A stretch of DNA of 64,000 nt from an uncultured Chloroflexia bacterium. GTDB taxonomy: Bacteria > Chloroflexota > Limnocylindria > Limnocylindrales > CSP1-4. The position numbers were made by a program, and so were the translations under genes. Positions 9,447 through 19,311 of the stretch are shown in pieces. The notes under the pieces were generated by a model that did not search any database, was not told where the DNA came from, and saw only the letters and a program-made list of their open reading frames with translations. Each line of letters opens with the position of its first letter. The first letter of the stretch is position 1. The stretch spans positions 800,001 through 864,000 of the forward strand of contig CAVPPB010000003.1 in NCBI GenBank assembly GCA_963707215.1, read 5' to 3'.

Positions 9447-9824
9447 ATGACCGCCGAACTTGGCCGCCGCGGCCGACTCATCGTCGGGTTCGTCCTGATC
9501 GGGGCCGTCGTCGTCGCCGGCTGCTTCGAACGCGAGGCGGAGCGGTTGGGCCGCGAGCACGAGGAGCGGCTGGCAGCGGTCGGTCTCGTCCTCGAGGGGA
9601 CCCTCGTCTACCCGCCGCGCGGGTCGGTGCCCCACTGGGTCATCGAGGCCACGATCGCCGGCGGCGAGGCCGCGGCCGAGGCGACCTGCGCGACGATCGA
9701 GGGCGTCCCGATGGAGGACGGCGAGCTGCCCTACCTGGTCCGCGTCGCCTTCGAGCCGGCGGGCGAGGTCGAGTGCGGCTGGGCCAAGGCCGGCCTGGAG
9801 CCCGAGCCCGTCCCGAGCGGTTGA
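9447..9824 (+). CDS. Putative lipoprotein
   Basis: Hydrophobic N-terminus ending VVAGC; GAGG RBS. Confidence 0.6.
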   Translation: MTAELGRRGRLIVGFVLIGAVVVAGCFEREAERLGREHEERLAAVGLVLEGTLVYPPRGSVPHWVIEATIAGGEAAAEATCATIEGVPMEDGELPYLVRVAFEPAGEVECGWAKAGLEPEPVPSG

Positions 9825-9868
9825 CCTGCCGGCCCGCGAGGCCAGGGCGTTGGCGATGCCGGCGCGAT

Positions 9869-11242
9869 TCAGCCGGCCCGGAGCTGTGACTCCGCCTCGG
9901 CGACCCTGGCGAGGACCCCGCTTCGCAGGGTGTCCAGGCCGCTCCAGACCGTCTTGGTCGCGTTACCGATGGAGGTGAGCTGGGCCTTGAGCCCCTTGAT
10001 CGCCTCGAGCTGCTCGCGGATGCCGTCGAGGGCGGCCTTGACGGCGACCGGGTCGATCTCCACCTCGCGCTCGTCGAGGGTCGCGACCGCCAGGAGCCGA
10101 GCCAGGCGGACCGCGGCTTCCAGCGTGGCCGCGTCCGGGGTCTCCGGGTCGATGACGCAATAGACGTCACCGGCCCGGATGTCGAACGGGGCCACCCCGG
10201 TCGGAGCGTGCTCGGGCGTGAAGACGATGAGGGCGACGGCCGCCGAGCGGTTCTCCTTGGCCTCGCGCAGCTCATCGCGGATGGCCCGGGCCGACATCGT
10301 CCGGTCCTTCGCTTCGACCACGACCCGGACGTCCGCCCCTCGGGCCATCGACTCGCCGATCGTGATGACGAAGTCGCCTTTCTTCGATCTGAGCGTGTCA
10401 CCAGCCTCGTCGCTGGTCCGGTCGAGCAGGTCGCCGGCGCCCCGGGCCAGCTCCGCCAGCATCCCCTCGAGAAGATCCTCGAAGTCGCCCCCCTTGGCCG
10501 TCCCCCTGGCTCGCTCAGCGGCCCGGGCCTGGCCCGCGGCCTCAAGGGCGGCGAGACGCTCGTGCAGCCCGGCGAATCCGTCGGCGACCTCCTGGCGGAA
10601 CTGGTGGAGCGGCGAACCCATCCGGGTCGGGTCGAGCAGCGTGGCGAGCTTGCTGGCATCACCGTCGAAGTACGTCCCGAGCAGCTGGCGCATCCGGCCG
10701 ATGGCGCTGTCGCGCTTGGTCTCGTCGAACAGCTCGTTGACGAAGGTCCGCAGCGCCCCGCGGTCGCCGAGGAAGCGCTCGAGGGTGCGCGGCAGGCGGC
10801 CGTCCTCGTCGGCGAAGTTGGCCCGGAGCGTGTCCTCGAGGGCCTTCGTGGCCTGCTCGTTCGACCGCTCGGCCTGGCGCAGGAGCTTGTCGAACTCGGC
10901 TCGGACGACGTCGACATTCATCGTGACGCCTGCGTCCTGGAGGGCGAGGAGGCCGATCCGCAGGGCGCGCTCGACGAGGGCCGGGCGCTCGGCTTCCGGC
11001 CGCTCGCCGACGAACGCGGCGAGGGTCGGATCAGCGAGGACGAGTCGCTCGACCACGAGCCGCTCCTCGCCGACGGCGATGACGGCCGGTCCGGCGGGAG
11101 GAAGCGGCAAGCGCTCCGCGCGGTCCGGGTGCTCGGCCCGATCCGGCCGCTCCGGGCGCGAGGGATGGGCGGGCTCGGTCTCCGGGGACCGGACCGAGCG
11201 CACGGGCGATGCGACGGGGAATTCGACGACGGTGGTCTCCAT
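9869..11242 (-). CDS. Coiled-coil protein with C-terminal PD-(D/E)xK-like domain (RmuC/DUF2130-like)
   Basis: Long helical region then KGGDFE..KKGDFVI..VVVEAKD..AKENR; start at METTVV inferred. Confidence 0.7.
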   Translation of the reverse strand: METTVVEFPVASPVRSVRSPETEPAHPSRPERPDRAEHPDRAERLPLPPAGPAVIAVGEERLVVERLVLADPTLAAFVGERPEAERPALVERALRIGLLALQDAGVTMNVDVVRAEFDKLLRQAERSNEQATKALEDTLRANFADEDGRLPRTLERFLGDRGALRTFVNELFDETKRDSAIGRMRQLLGTYFDGDASKLATLLDPTRMGSPLHQFRQEVADGFAGLHERLAALEAAGQARAAERARGTAKGGDFEDLLEGMLAELARGAGDLLDRTSDEAGDTLRSKKGDFVITIGESMARGADVRVVVEAKDRTMSARAIRDELREAKENRSAAVALIVFTPEHAPTGVAPFDIRAGDVYCVIDPETPDAATLEAAVRLARLLAVATLDEREVEIDPVAVKAALDGIREQLEAIKGLKAQLTSIGNATKTVWSGLDTLRSGVLARVAEAESQLRAG

Positions 11243-11369
11243 GGCCACGATCCTGGACCCCGTCCGTGACAGGTAGCGTGTCACGGCGCAGCCCGGTGTC
11301 AGGGCGATCGCGCCGAAGGCCCCGCGGGGGCGGGCCGCCGGGTCGTACCATCCGCGCAGGGAGGTGCCG

Positions 11370-11561
11370 ATGTTCGATCGCTTCCGCGACGCCTACCTGG
11401 CGATCGCGATCCTGTCGGTGGCCGCGGCCGTCGGTCTCGAGCGCTTCGCTCCCGTCAGCCAGGCGATAGACCTGCTCATCGGCCTGCTGCTGATCCTGGC
11501 GATCGTGATCAGCGCGCTGGCCGTCGTGACGACGGTCCGAGGGGGCCCGACGCCGCGCTGA
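11370..11561 (+). CDS. Small two-TM membrane protein
   Basis: TACCAT -10 box, GGGAGG RBS, two hydrophobic helices. Confidence 0.65.
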   Translation: MFDRFRDAYLAIAILSVAAAVGLERFAPVSQAIDLLIGLLLILAIVISALAVVTTVRGGPTPR

Positions 11562-11605
11562 GGCGACGCGTGGACGGCCCCGAGGACCGGTCGGTCCGAG
11601 CCGCC

Positions 11606-11962
11606 CTAGCCGAGCGGCCCGAGCGGGCTGTAGATCGAGAGGCGGTAGCCGTCCGGGTCGTGGAGCCAGGCGTGCCGGGCGCCCCACGGTTGGTCAGACG
11701 GCTCGGTGACGTCGATCCCGGCGGCCCGCAGCCGCGCCGCGGCCGTGTCGACGTCCGGGACCCGCACGACGAGCTCGATGCCGACCGCACCGACGCTGGC
11801 CTCGGGTCGCTCCTCGAGGCCCATGTGGAACCCGTCGCCGCCGCCGACGCGGAGATAGCCACCGCCCTCGGCAAGGACCTCGAGCCCGAGGTAGTCCACG
11901 TAGAAGCGCCTGGCGCGCTCGACGTCGCGCACGTGGACGAAGAGGTGGCTCAGGGTCGCCAT
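11606..11962 (-). CDS. VOC / glyoxalase family protein
   Basis: HLFVHVRDVERARRFY..LGL, QPWGARH..DPDGY. Confidence 0.9.
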   Translation of the reverse strand: MATLSHLFVHVRDVERARRFYVDYLGLEVLAEGGGYLRVGGGDGFHMGLEERPEASVGAVGIELVVRVPDVDTAAARLRAAGIDVTEPSDQPWGARHAWLHDPDGYRLSIYSPLGPLG

Positions 11963-12097
11963 GGTGGCACGCTACCAGAGTGAAGATGGCCCGTGGCGGC
12001 TCCCGCGCAGCGGTATGGGCCGGGCGCCGGGCGAGCGATGCGAGCCAGGCGATCGGCGGGCTCCCGGCGAGCCAGGCGACGACGGATCGCCTGCCGT

Positions 12098-13561
12098 CTA
12101 CCAGCCGGCGGCGTCGCGGACCAGGCGGTGGAGGACCCGCGCCGCGATCGTCCGGCGGTACTCCGCCGTAGAGCGGATGTCGTCGATCGGCGCGAGCTCG
12201 GCCGCCAGCGCCTCGGCCGCGCGATCAGCGATCTCCGGTGTCGGGGCCGAGCCCTCCAGGGCGGCCTCGGCGGCCGCGGCCCGGATCGGCACCGGGGCCA
12301 CCGACCCGAGGGCGACCCGGACGCCATGCCAGGCGATCCCGGTCCCGCCGTCGTCGGGTCCCTGGCGCCAGGCCAGGGCCACGCTGACCTTGGAGATCGC
12401 CTGTGCCTTGCGGGTCCCCACCTTGCGGAATCGGACCTCGCGGCCCGGCACGATCGGGACACGGATCCGCAGGATCAGCTCGTCGGGTTCTCGTGCGGTC
12501 CGGCGATAGGCCGGGTGGAACTCGGCCATCGCGACGGTCCGCTCCCCGCGCGGCCCACCGAGGACGACCTCGGCGTCGAGGGCCATTAGGATCGGCAGCA
12601 TGTCGCCGGCCGGTGAGGCCGTGGCGAGGTTGCCGCCGATCGTGCCCCGGTGCTGGATCTGGACCGCGCCGACAGTGGCCGCAGCCTCGACGAGGGCCGG
12701 GGCGATCTCGGTCGCGAGGGCAGAGCGCTGGAGCTCGGAGTAGGTGGCCAGCGCGCCGATGACGAGCGTCCGCGGCTCGAGGGAGATCCCACGAAGCTCG
12801 CGCAGCCGCCACAGGTCGAGGACGCGCGCCGGTGGCTCGGCCCCGGCAGCGAGCTCCACGAGCAGGTCGGTCGCCCCGGCCATCGGGCGCCAGCCGTCGC
12901 CCTCGGCCAGGAGCGTGTAGGCCTCGGCGAGGGTGCTCGGCGAGGCGACCGGCGGCTCGACCAGCACCGTGGACGGCATGGCCTCGACGGGCCTCGGGTC
13001 AGCAGCCTCCCGTGAGGCGCCGCGGCGGGTCCCTGCACGAGCCGTCGCCTCGGAGCCACCCACGTGGCGCTCGACGGCCGCCGCGGCGATGGCCTCGACG
13101 ATCTTGGTGTAGCCCGTGCAGCGGCAGAGGTTGCCGGCGATGGCAGCCCGGATCTCCGCCTCGTCGGGTCCACCGCCGTCGTCGAGATAGGCCTCGGCCG
13201 CCATGAGGATCCCCGGCGTGCAGATGCCGCACTGGGCGGCCCCGAGCTCGAGGAACGCCCGCTGGAGCGGCGCGAGGACCGGCCGTCCCTCCGCGTCTAC
13301 GAGCGGGCCGCTGCCGTCGGCCGGCGCCAACCCCTCGACGGTCCGCACCGTGTGGCCGTCGACCTGGCAGACCGGCACGAGGCAGGAGACGACCGGGCCG
13401 GAGTCGACGATGACGGTGCAGGCGCCACACTCGCCCTCGCCGCAGCCCTCCTTCGTCCCGGTGTAGCCGAGGTCCTCCCGGAGGACGTCGAGCAGGCGGC
13501 GCATCCCCGGCACGTCGACCTCTACGGGATCGCCGTTCAAGAGGAACCGGATGGTGGTCAC
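12098..13561 (-). CDS. Xanthine dehydrogenase-family fused 2x[2Fe-2S] plus FAD-binding subunit
   Basis: GCGEGECGAC..C, QCGICTPG, GNLCRCTGY, linker, then AGATDL, RGTIGGNLATASPAGD, PIDDIRST. GTG start overlaps the upstream TGA (GTGA). Confidence 0.9.
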   Translation of the reverse strand: MTTIRFLLNGDPVEVDVPGMRRLLDVLREDLGYTGTKEGCGEGECGACTVIVDSGPVVSCLVPVCQVDGHTVRTVEGLAPADGSGPLVDAEGRPVLAPLQRAFLELGAAQCGICTPGILMAAEAYLDDGGGPDEAEIRAAIAGNLCRCTGYTKIVEAIAAAAVERHVGGSEATARAGTRRGASREAADPRPVEAMPSTVLVEPPVASPSTLAEAYTLLAEGDGWRPMAGATDLLVELAAGAEPPARVLDLWRLRELRGISLEPRTLVIGALATYSELQRSALATEIAPALVEAAATVGAVQIQHRGTIGGNLATASPAGDMLPILMALDAEVVLGGPRGERTVAMAEFHPAYRRTAREPDELILRIRVPIVPGREVRFRKVGTRKAQAISKVSVALAWRQGPDDGGTGIAWHGVRVALGSVAPVPIRAAAAEAALEGSAPTPEIADRAAEALAAELAPIDDIRSTAEYRRTIAARVLHRLVRDAAGW

Positions 13562-15903
13562 GGCGCGTCTCCCGCCGCTCCACGACCAGTGCCCGTCGGC
13601 GATCCGGTCATGAGCTCCAGGATCCGCTCCGGAGTGGCCGGGAGTCGGTCGACCCAGACCCCGATCGCATCGTGGATCGCGGCCACGACCGCCGGGGCGA
13701 CCACGTCCATCGGCAGCTCGCCCAGCCCCTTGGCCCCATGCGGCTCGCCGGAGAACGGGGCCTCGACCATGATCGCCGTGATCCGCGGCGCGTCGAGGGC
13801 GGTCGGGATCAGGTAGGTCGCCAGGCGGTCGTTGCGATACCGGCCGTCCTCGACCTGGATCTCCTCGATCGTGGCGTAGCCAACGGCCTGGAGCGTGCCG
13901 CCCTCGACCTGGCCCTCGGCCATGACCGGGTGGATGACCCGACCCGCGTCGTCGACCGCGGTCACCGAGCGGACGTCCACCTCGAAGGTGTCGAGGTCCA
14001 CGGCCACGTCGGCGACGGCCGCGGCCCAGCCATAGGCCGGGTAGGCGTCGCCGCGGTACGTCACGTCGTCGAACTCGACGTCGGGGTACGGCTCGAACTG
14101 CCGGTCCACCCGGGTCGGCCCGTAGCGTCGGACGTCCTCCAGATAGACCCCGGCGAACGGCAGGCCCGCGTTCCGTTCCTCGACGATGCGGCGCAGCTCG
14201 CGGGCCGCCCGGACCAGCAGTCCGCCGACGATCATCGTCGTCCGAGAAGCGACCGTCGGGCCGCTGTCCGGCACGACGGCGGTATCGGCCGGGGCGATCT
14301 CGACGAGGCCCGGGTCGATGCCGAGCCCCTCCCCGACCAGCTGGCGGAAGACGGTCCGCGAGCCCTGGCCGATCTCGGTCGAGCCGGCCAGCACGCGGAC
14401 CCGTCCTTCGGCGTCGAGCTCGACCGCGGCGACCGACGCCAGGTGGACCTCGCCGGTGCCGGTGAAGCCGGCTCCGTGCCAGGCGAGCGCCAGGCCGACG
14501 CCCTCGGCGGAGCGGCTGGACCCGGTCCGGCCGGGTTCGCCCGGCACGATGCCCGCGCGGCCCTGCCGGGCCTCGGCGGTCCGCTCGCGGACCGCCTCGA
14601 AGCCGGAGGCCTCGACGGCCCGGGCCAGCACGGCCTCGGCAGCGACGCTCTCGCGAAGGACCTGGCCGGTCGGCGTCGTGTCGCCCGTGCGGTAGGCATT
14701 GCGGCGGCGGACCTCGGCGGGGGACATGCCGAGCCGATCGGCGGCCTTGCTCAGCTGGAGCTCGGCGCCGAAGTGGGCCTGGGGTGCCCCGAACCCGCGG
14801 AAGGCACCGTTCGGCGGCGTGTTGGTGCGAACGGCCCTGGAGCGGATCCGCACATTCGGGCAGCGGTACGGCCCGCCGGCGTGGAGAGTGGCCCGGGAGA
14901 GGACGACCGGGCTGAGGGTCGTGTAGGCGCCGGCGTCGAGGACCAGGTCGATGTCCTGGGCCAGGAGCGTTCCGTCGGCGGCGATAGCCGTCCGATGACG
15001 AACGATCGAGGGGTGCCGCTTCGTCGTGGCGGCAAGATCCTCGTGGCGCCCGTAGATCATCCGGACCGGCCGGCCGGCGGCCCGGGCCAGGAGGGCGGCG
15101 TGGAGAGCCACCATCGACGGGTACTCCTCCTTGCCGCCAAAGCCGCCGCCGGTGACGGCCTGGACCACCCGGACCCGCTCGACCGGCTCGCCGAGGCCGC
15201 GGGCGAGGGCCGCCAGCACGTAGAAGGGGCACTGCAGGGAGCCGTGGACCGTGACCCCACCGTCCGGCTCCGGGACGGCGATCATCGCCTGCGGCTCGAT
15301 GTACAACTGCTCCTGGTGGCCGGTCCGGTAGGTGCCCTCGACGACGACGGCCGCCGCCGCCATGCCCACCTCGACGTCCCCGACGACGATGTCGTGTTCG
15401 GCGAGGATCTCGGTCGAGGCCAGCGGGTCCAGGACCGGCGGGAGGGGCTCGGTCCGGAGCTGCAGCCTGGATGTCGCCTCGCGGAGCGTGGCCCGGTCCG
15501 GGGCTGCCACCAGCGCCACGGGCTCCGCGTGGTGGCGGATCTCACCACCGACCGGCACGAGGATCGGCTGGTCGTCATCGATGAGGCTGACGACGTTCTC
15601 GCCCGGGATGTCGTCGGCGGTCACCAGGACGACGCGATCCCAGGCGAAGTCCTCGTCGCGATCGAAACCGATCAGGCGGGCCCGCGGCTCCGTCGACCGG
15701 ACGGTCGCGCCGTACCAGGCCCCCGGGAAGGCCAGGTCATCGGCGTAGAGGGCCTCGCCGGTCAGCTTGGCGGGTCCCTCCTCGCGGAGCGCCAGCCCGC
15801 TGGCCCGGCCGACCGGCAGGGTCCCTGGCGCGACGAGCACTGGCGCCGCCGGGCCGTCGATCACGGTCCGACCGCGGGGGGTCTCCTCCGCTCGATCCGT
15901 CAT
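13558..15903 (-). CDS. Xanthine dehydrogenase-family molybdopterin-binding subunit
   Basis: KLTGEALYADD, QEQLYIEPQ, GGGFGGKE, AFRGFGAPQ, GAKGLGE. Confidence 0.93.
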   Translation of the reverse strand: MTDRAEETPRGRTVIDGPAAPVLVAPGTLPVGRASGLALREEGPAKLTGEALYADDLAFPGAWYGATVRSTEPRARLIGFDRDEDFAWDRVVLVTADDIPGENVVSLIDDDQPILVPVGGEIRHHAEPVALVAAPDRATLREATSRLQLRTEPLPPVLDPLASTEILAEHDIVVGDVEVGMAAAAVVVEGTYRTGHQEQLYIEPQAMIAVPEPDGGVTVHGSLQCPFYVLAALARGLGEPVERVRVVQAVTGGGFGGKEEYPSMVALHAALLARAAGRPVRMIYGRHEDLAATTKRHPSIVRHRTAIAADGTLLAQDIDLVLDAGAYTTLSPVVLSRATLHAGGPYRCPNVRIRSRAVRTNTPPNGAFRGFGAPQAHFGAELQLSKAADRLGMSPAEVRRRNAYRTGDTTPTGQVLRESVAAEAVLARAVEASGFEAVRERTAEARQGRAGIVPGEPGRTGSSRSAEGVGLALAWHGAGFTGTGEVHLASVAAVELDAEGRVRVLAGSTEIGQGSRTVFRQLVGEGLGIDPGLVEIAPADTAVVPDSGPTVASRTTMIVGGLLVRAARELRRIVEERNAGLPFAGVYLEDVRRYGPTRVDRQFEPYPDVEFDDVTYRGDAYPAYGWAAAVADVAVDLDTFEVDVRSVTAVDDAGRVIHPVMAEGQVEGGTLQAVGYATIEEIQVEDGRYRNDRLATYLIPTALDAPRITAIMVEAPFSGEPHGAKGLGELPMDVVAPAVVAAIHDAIGVWVDRLPATPERILELMTGSPTGTGRGAAGDAP

Positions 15904-15964
15904 GCCGGTGTCGCGCTCCCTCCTTGCACGGTGGCCTCGACGATGGCCGCGGCCACGTCGGGTG

Positions 15965-16342
15965 TCAAGCCGGCTCGTCGCCCGACGGGTCGAGCGGGAC
16001 GCGCTCGAGGTCGACGGCCCGGTAGACGATGACCTCGACGGGCTCCAGGGTGATCATCCCGTCGGCCACCATCGAGTCGAGCTCCGGCAGGACGGCCCGC
16101 AGCCGGTCCTCCCGGTCGACCACCTCGACCACGACCGGAAGGTCCTCCGACAGGCGGAGGATGCGGGTCGTGTGGAGCACCGAGCGCTTGCCGTAGCCCT
16201 CGATCCCGCGGATGACCGTGGCGCCGGCGATACCCCGCTCGCGGAGGCGGTGGACGATGGCCTCGTAGAGCGGGCGGCCCTCCCAGGTGTCCGATTCGCC
16301 GATGTAGATGCGGGCGATCAGCCCGGTCCCTTCCAGCTTCAT
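15965..16342 (-). CDS. DUF190 (PII-like) protein
   Basis: RIYIGESD.WEGRPLYEAIV..GIAGATV.RGIEGYG..LSEDLPVVVEVVD. Confidence 0.9.
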   Translation of the reverse strand: MKLEGTGLIARIYIGESDTWEGRPLYEAIVHRLRERGIAGATVIRGIEGYGKRSVLHTTRILRLSEDLPVVVEVVDREDRLRAVLPELDSMVADGMITLEPVEVIVYRAVDLERVPLDPSGDEPA

Positions 16343-16379
16343 CCGGGCAGTCTCCCGAGCGGCAGGCCGGCGTCGTCGG

Positions 16380-17789
16380 TCACGGTCCCGGCTCCCAGCC
16401 GCCCGGTCCGGGCAGCCGCCGGCCGCGGACCCAGGCCGCCCGGACCATGTCCGGGTGCGGCCGGTAGATGAGCCTGGAGAGGAGGGCTCGCGGGTCATCG
16501 AGCGGGTCGTCGCCCCCGGGGATCACGGTCGCACCGGGTGGCAGCGGAGCCGTCAGGGCAGGATCGACCGCGATGAGATCGGCCTCCTTGCCTGCCTCGA
16601 GCGTCCCGATGACACCCTCGAGACCCAGGCAGCGGGCTCCCTCGAGCGAGGCCATCCGCAGCCAGCCGAGCGGATCGAGCGGCTCGTGGGCATCGCCGCG
16701 GACCACCCGAAGCGCGTTCTGGACGTAGGCCCCGACGCGCATCACCGAGAACAGCGACGCGTCCGGGCCAGCGGCGACGTCCGAGCCGAGCCCGACCCTG
16801 ATGCCGGCCTCGAGGTAGCGCCCGAGCGGCATGATGCCGCTGGCGAGGAAGAGGTTCGAGGACGGGCAGTGGGCGACCCGGGCGCCGGTCTCGACGAGGC
16901 GAGCGACCTCCCGATCGGACAGGTGGATCGCGTGGGCCAGGATCGCCCGCGAGGTCAGCCCGCCGGCACGGTCGTAGACGTCCGTGTAGTCGAGGGCCTC
17001 GGGGAAGCGGCGGGCCACCTCGGCGATCTCGCCCGGGTCCTCGGACAGGTGGGTCTGCCACCAGGCGCCGCAGGCGGCGGCCAGATCGGCGCTCTCGCGG
17101 AGAAGCTCGGCCGAGCAGGTGATGGCGAAACGGGGGGTGAAGGCGTAACCGAGCCGGCCGTCGGCGGCTCCGTTCCAGCGCTCGCAAAGCTCGACCGACT
17201 CGCGGAGGCTGCGCTCGAGGACCTCGCTGTCCGGGACGGCCAGGTCGTAGCGATCGCGGTCCATCATCACCTTGCCGATGACGGCCCGGATCCCGTGGGC
17301 CTCGGCGGCCCGGAAGGCGGCGTCGGTGGAGTCAGCGTAGACCGCAGCATAGGCGACGACCGTCGTCGTCCCGGCCGCCGCGAACGCCCGGAAGACGGGC
17401 GGACCGATCCGCTCGGCGGCCGCGACGTCCATAGCCTGCTCCATTGGGAAGATGTAGCGCCGGAGCCAGCTCATGAGGTCGAGGCCGGCGCCGATGCCGG
17501 CGTTGGGGACCTGCCAGAGGTGGGCGTGCAGGTCGACGAGCCCCGGCAGCAGGACCCGGCCGCGGAGGTCGTGGACGGCTGCCAGCTCGGCGGGCGAGCG
17601 GTCCGCCGCCGGGCTGACACCGGCGATCCGGCCATCGCGATCGACGTCGACGACAGCATCGGCGAGATCGAGGGACCCGCCGGCTGCGAGCGGGGTCACG
17701 ACACGGGCGCGGAGCGCGTACGGCGGCGCCGCGGGCAGGTCCCGGTCCGGACCGAGGCGGGCCTCGTCGATGCCGGTCCGGGCGTCCAC
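16380..17789 (-). CDS. guaD: Guanine deaminase (amidohydrolase)
   Basis: PGLVDLHAHLWQ, WL..YIFP.E, TPRFAITCS, QTHLSE, HCPSSNLFLASG, GLGSDVAAG. Confidence 0.85.
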   Translation of the reverse strand: MDARTGIDEARLGPDRDLPAAPPYALRARVVTPLAAGGSLDLADAVVDVDRDGRIAGVSPAADRSPAELAAVHDLRGRVLLPGLVDLHAHLWQVPNAGIGAGLDLMSWLRRYIFPMEQAMDVAAAERIGPPVFRAFAAAGTTTVVAYAAVYADSTDAAFRAAEAHGIRAVIGKVMMDRDRYDLAVPDSEVLERSLRESVELCERWNGAADGRLGYAFTPRFAITCSAELLRESADLAAACGAWWQTHLSEDPGEIAEVARRFPEALDYTDVYDRAGGLTSRAILAHAIHLSDREVARLVETGARVAHCPSSNLFLASGIMPLGRYLEAGIRVGLGSDVAAGPDASLFSVMRVGAYVQNALRVVRGDAHEPLDPLGWLRMASLEGARCLGLEGVIGTLEAGKEADLIAVDPALTAPLPPGATVIPGGDDPLDDPRALLSRLIYRPHPDMVRAAWVRGRRLPGPGGWEPGP

Positions 17790-17877
17790 GTCGCGAGTCT
17801 ACCCTCCGCTCCCGGCGAGGCGGAGGGCCGAACCTCCCGCCGCAATGCCGGCGCCCGGGCGAACGGACTGGTCCGCC

Positions 17878-19311
17878 CTACCCTGCGCCCAGCTCGTGCA
17901 TGGCCCCCCGAAGGGCCGGGTAGAGAGAGCGGTACGTCGCGTGACGGGCGTCGTGGACGGCCCGGGTCGCCGGATCCGGCTCGATGCGCTCGGACATCCG
18001 GACCATGGCAGCGATCGCGGTCGGCAGGTCGATGTGCGCACCCGCCCCCGTCGCGCCCAGGACGGCCGCCCCGAGCATCGCCGTGTCGGCCACCTCCGGG
18101 ACGGCCACCGGCACCCCGAGGACGTCGGCCTTGATCCGGTTCCAGAGAGGACTCCGGGTGTTGCCGCCCGAGACCCTCAGCTCGCTGACCGGGAGCCCGG
18201 CCTCCCGGATCGGGTCGGCGACGTGGCGCAGCGCATGGGCGGCACCCTCGAGGACCGCCCGGGCCAGGTGGCCGCGGCCATGGGCGAGGGTCAGGCCGAC
18301 GAAGGCGCCGCGCGCCGCAGGGTCCCAGATGGGCGATCGCTCCCCGGCGAGGTACGGCAGGAAGACCAGCCCGTGGGCGCCGGCCGGCACGGTCGCCGCC
18401 TCGTCGAGCAGCGTCGCCGCGTCGAGGCCGCCGAGGACATCGTCCGCGAGCCAATCGAGGGCTGCCCCGGTGGCCGCCATCGCCCCGCCGGCGAGCCATC
18501 GCCCCGGCAACGGTGCCGCGGCGATCCAGGCACCGGGGATGTCCGGCCGCACGGCGGCCAGCACGGCGAAGCCGCCCGAGGAACCGCCGGTGTCGATGGC
18601 CTGGCCGGGCTCGACGAGGCCGGCCCCCAGGACGCTGGCGTAGGCGTCGTTGAGCCCCGCGACGACGGGGGTCCCGGGTCGAAGACCCAGGTCCTCGGCC
18701 GCCCGAGCGGTCAGGCCGCCGAGGACCGAGCCCGGGGCCACGGCCGCCGGAACACGGTCGGGTCGCAGCCCCAAAGAGGCGAGGACCTGCCGGCCGGGAA
18801 CGGCCTGGTCGGCCCCGACGGTCATCGCCGCGGTGCCGGAGAGGCGCAGGCCGAGCCACTCCCAGGCCGCCAGGTAGGCGACCGTGCGGGCGGCGATCTC
18901 CGGCTCGCTCCGCTCGATCCAGAGCGCTGCGGGGAGGATCCCCAGCAGCCAGATCGGCAGGCCCGTGGCCGCGGCGAGCTCGGCCGACTCCTCGCCGGAG
19001 CGACGGTCGAGCCAGGCGATCGCCGGGCGCGTGGCGGCGCCCATTCCGTCCACGGCGACGCAGGTCGGCCCCTGGGCGACCGGGCAGACCGCCAGGACCT
19101 CCGCCCCGGCGGGGGCCTCCGCATGGAGCCGGGCCGCAGCGTCGACGAGCGCGGCCCACCATGCCTCGGGGTCCTGCTCGGCGCGCCCCTCGTCGAGCTC
19201 CGTGGGGTAGGTCGCCCGAGCCATCGCCAGGACGGCCCCGTCCAGGCCGACCAGGCCGGCCTTGAGCTCGCTCGTTCCGAGATCGATCGCCAGGATGACG
19301 GGAGTCGTCAT
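17878..19311 (-). CDS. FGGY-family carbohydrate kinase (xylulokinase-like)
   Basis: AIDLGTSELKA, AEQDP..WW, WLDRR, FLPYLAGERSP.WD, SGG..RSPLW. Confidence 0.9.
   Translation of the reverse strand: MTTPVILAIDLGTSELKAGLVGLDGAVLAMARATYPTELDEGRAEQDPEAWWAALVDAAARLHAEAPAGAEVLAVCPVAQGPTCVAVDGMGAATRPAIAWLDRRSGEESAELAAATGLPIWLLGILPAALWIERSEPEIAARTVAYLAAWEWLGLRLSGTAAMTVGADQAVPGRQVLASLGLRPDRVPAAVAPGSVLGGLTARAAEDLGLRPGTPVVAGLNDAYASVLGAGLVEPGQAIDTGGSSGGFAVLAAVRPDIPGAWIAAAPLPGRWLAGGAMAATGAALDWLADDVLGGLDAATLLDEAATVPAGAHGLVFLPYLAGERSPIWDPAARGAFVGLTLAHGRGHLARAVLEGAAHALRHVADPIREAGLPVSELRVSGGNTRSPLWNRIKADVLGVPVAVPEVADTAMLGAAVLGATGAGAHIDLPTAIAAMVRMSERIEPDPATRAVHDARHATYRSLYPALRGAMHELGAG

Noticed and set aside
12039-12093. 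13-bp direct repeat and inverted repeat downstream of the xdh genes
   Set aside because: Most simply a terminator-like region; no second copy or mobile-element hallmarks
13562-15232. N-terminal 557 aa of the 1044-aa ORF 12098..15232
   Set aside because: Off-frame overlap with the Mo-subunit gene; the real protein starts at GTG 13561
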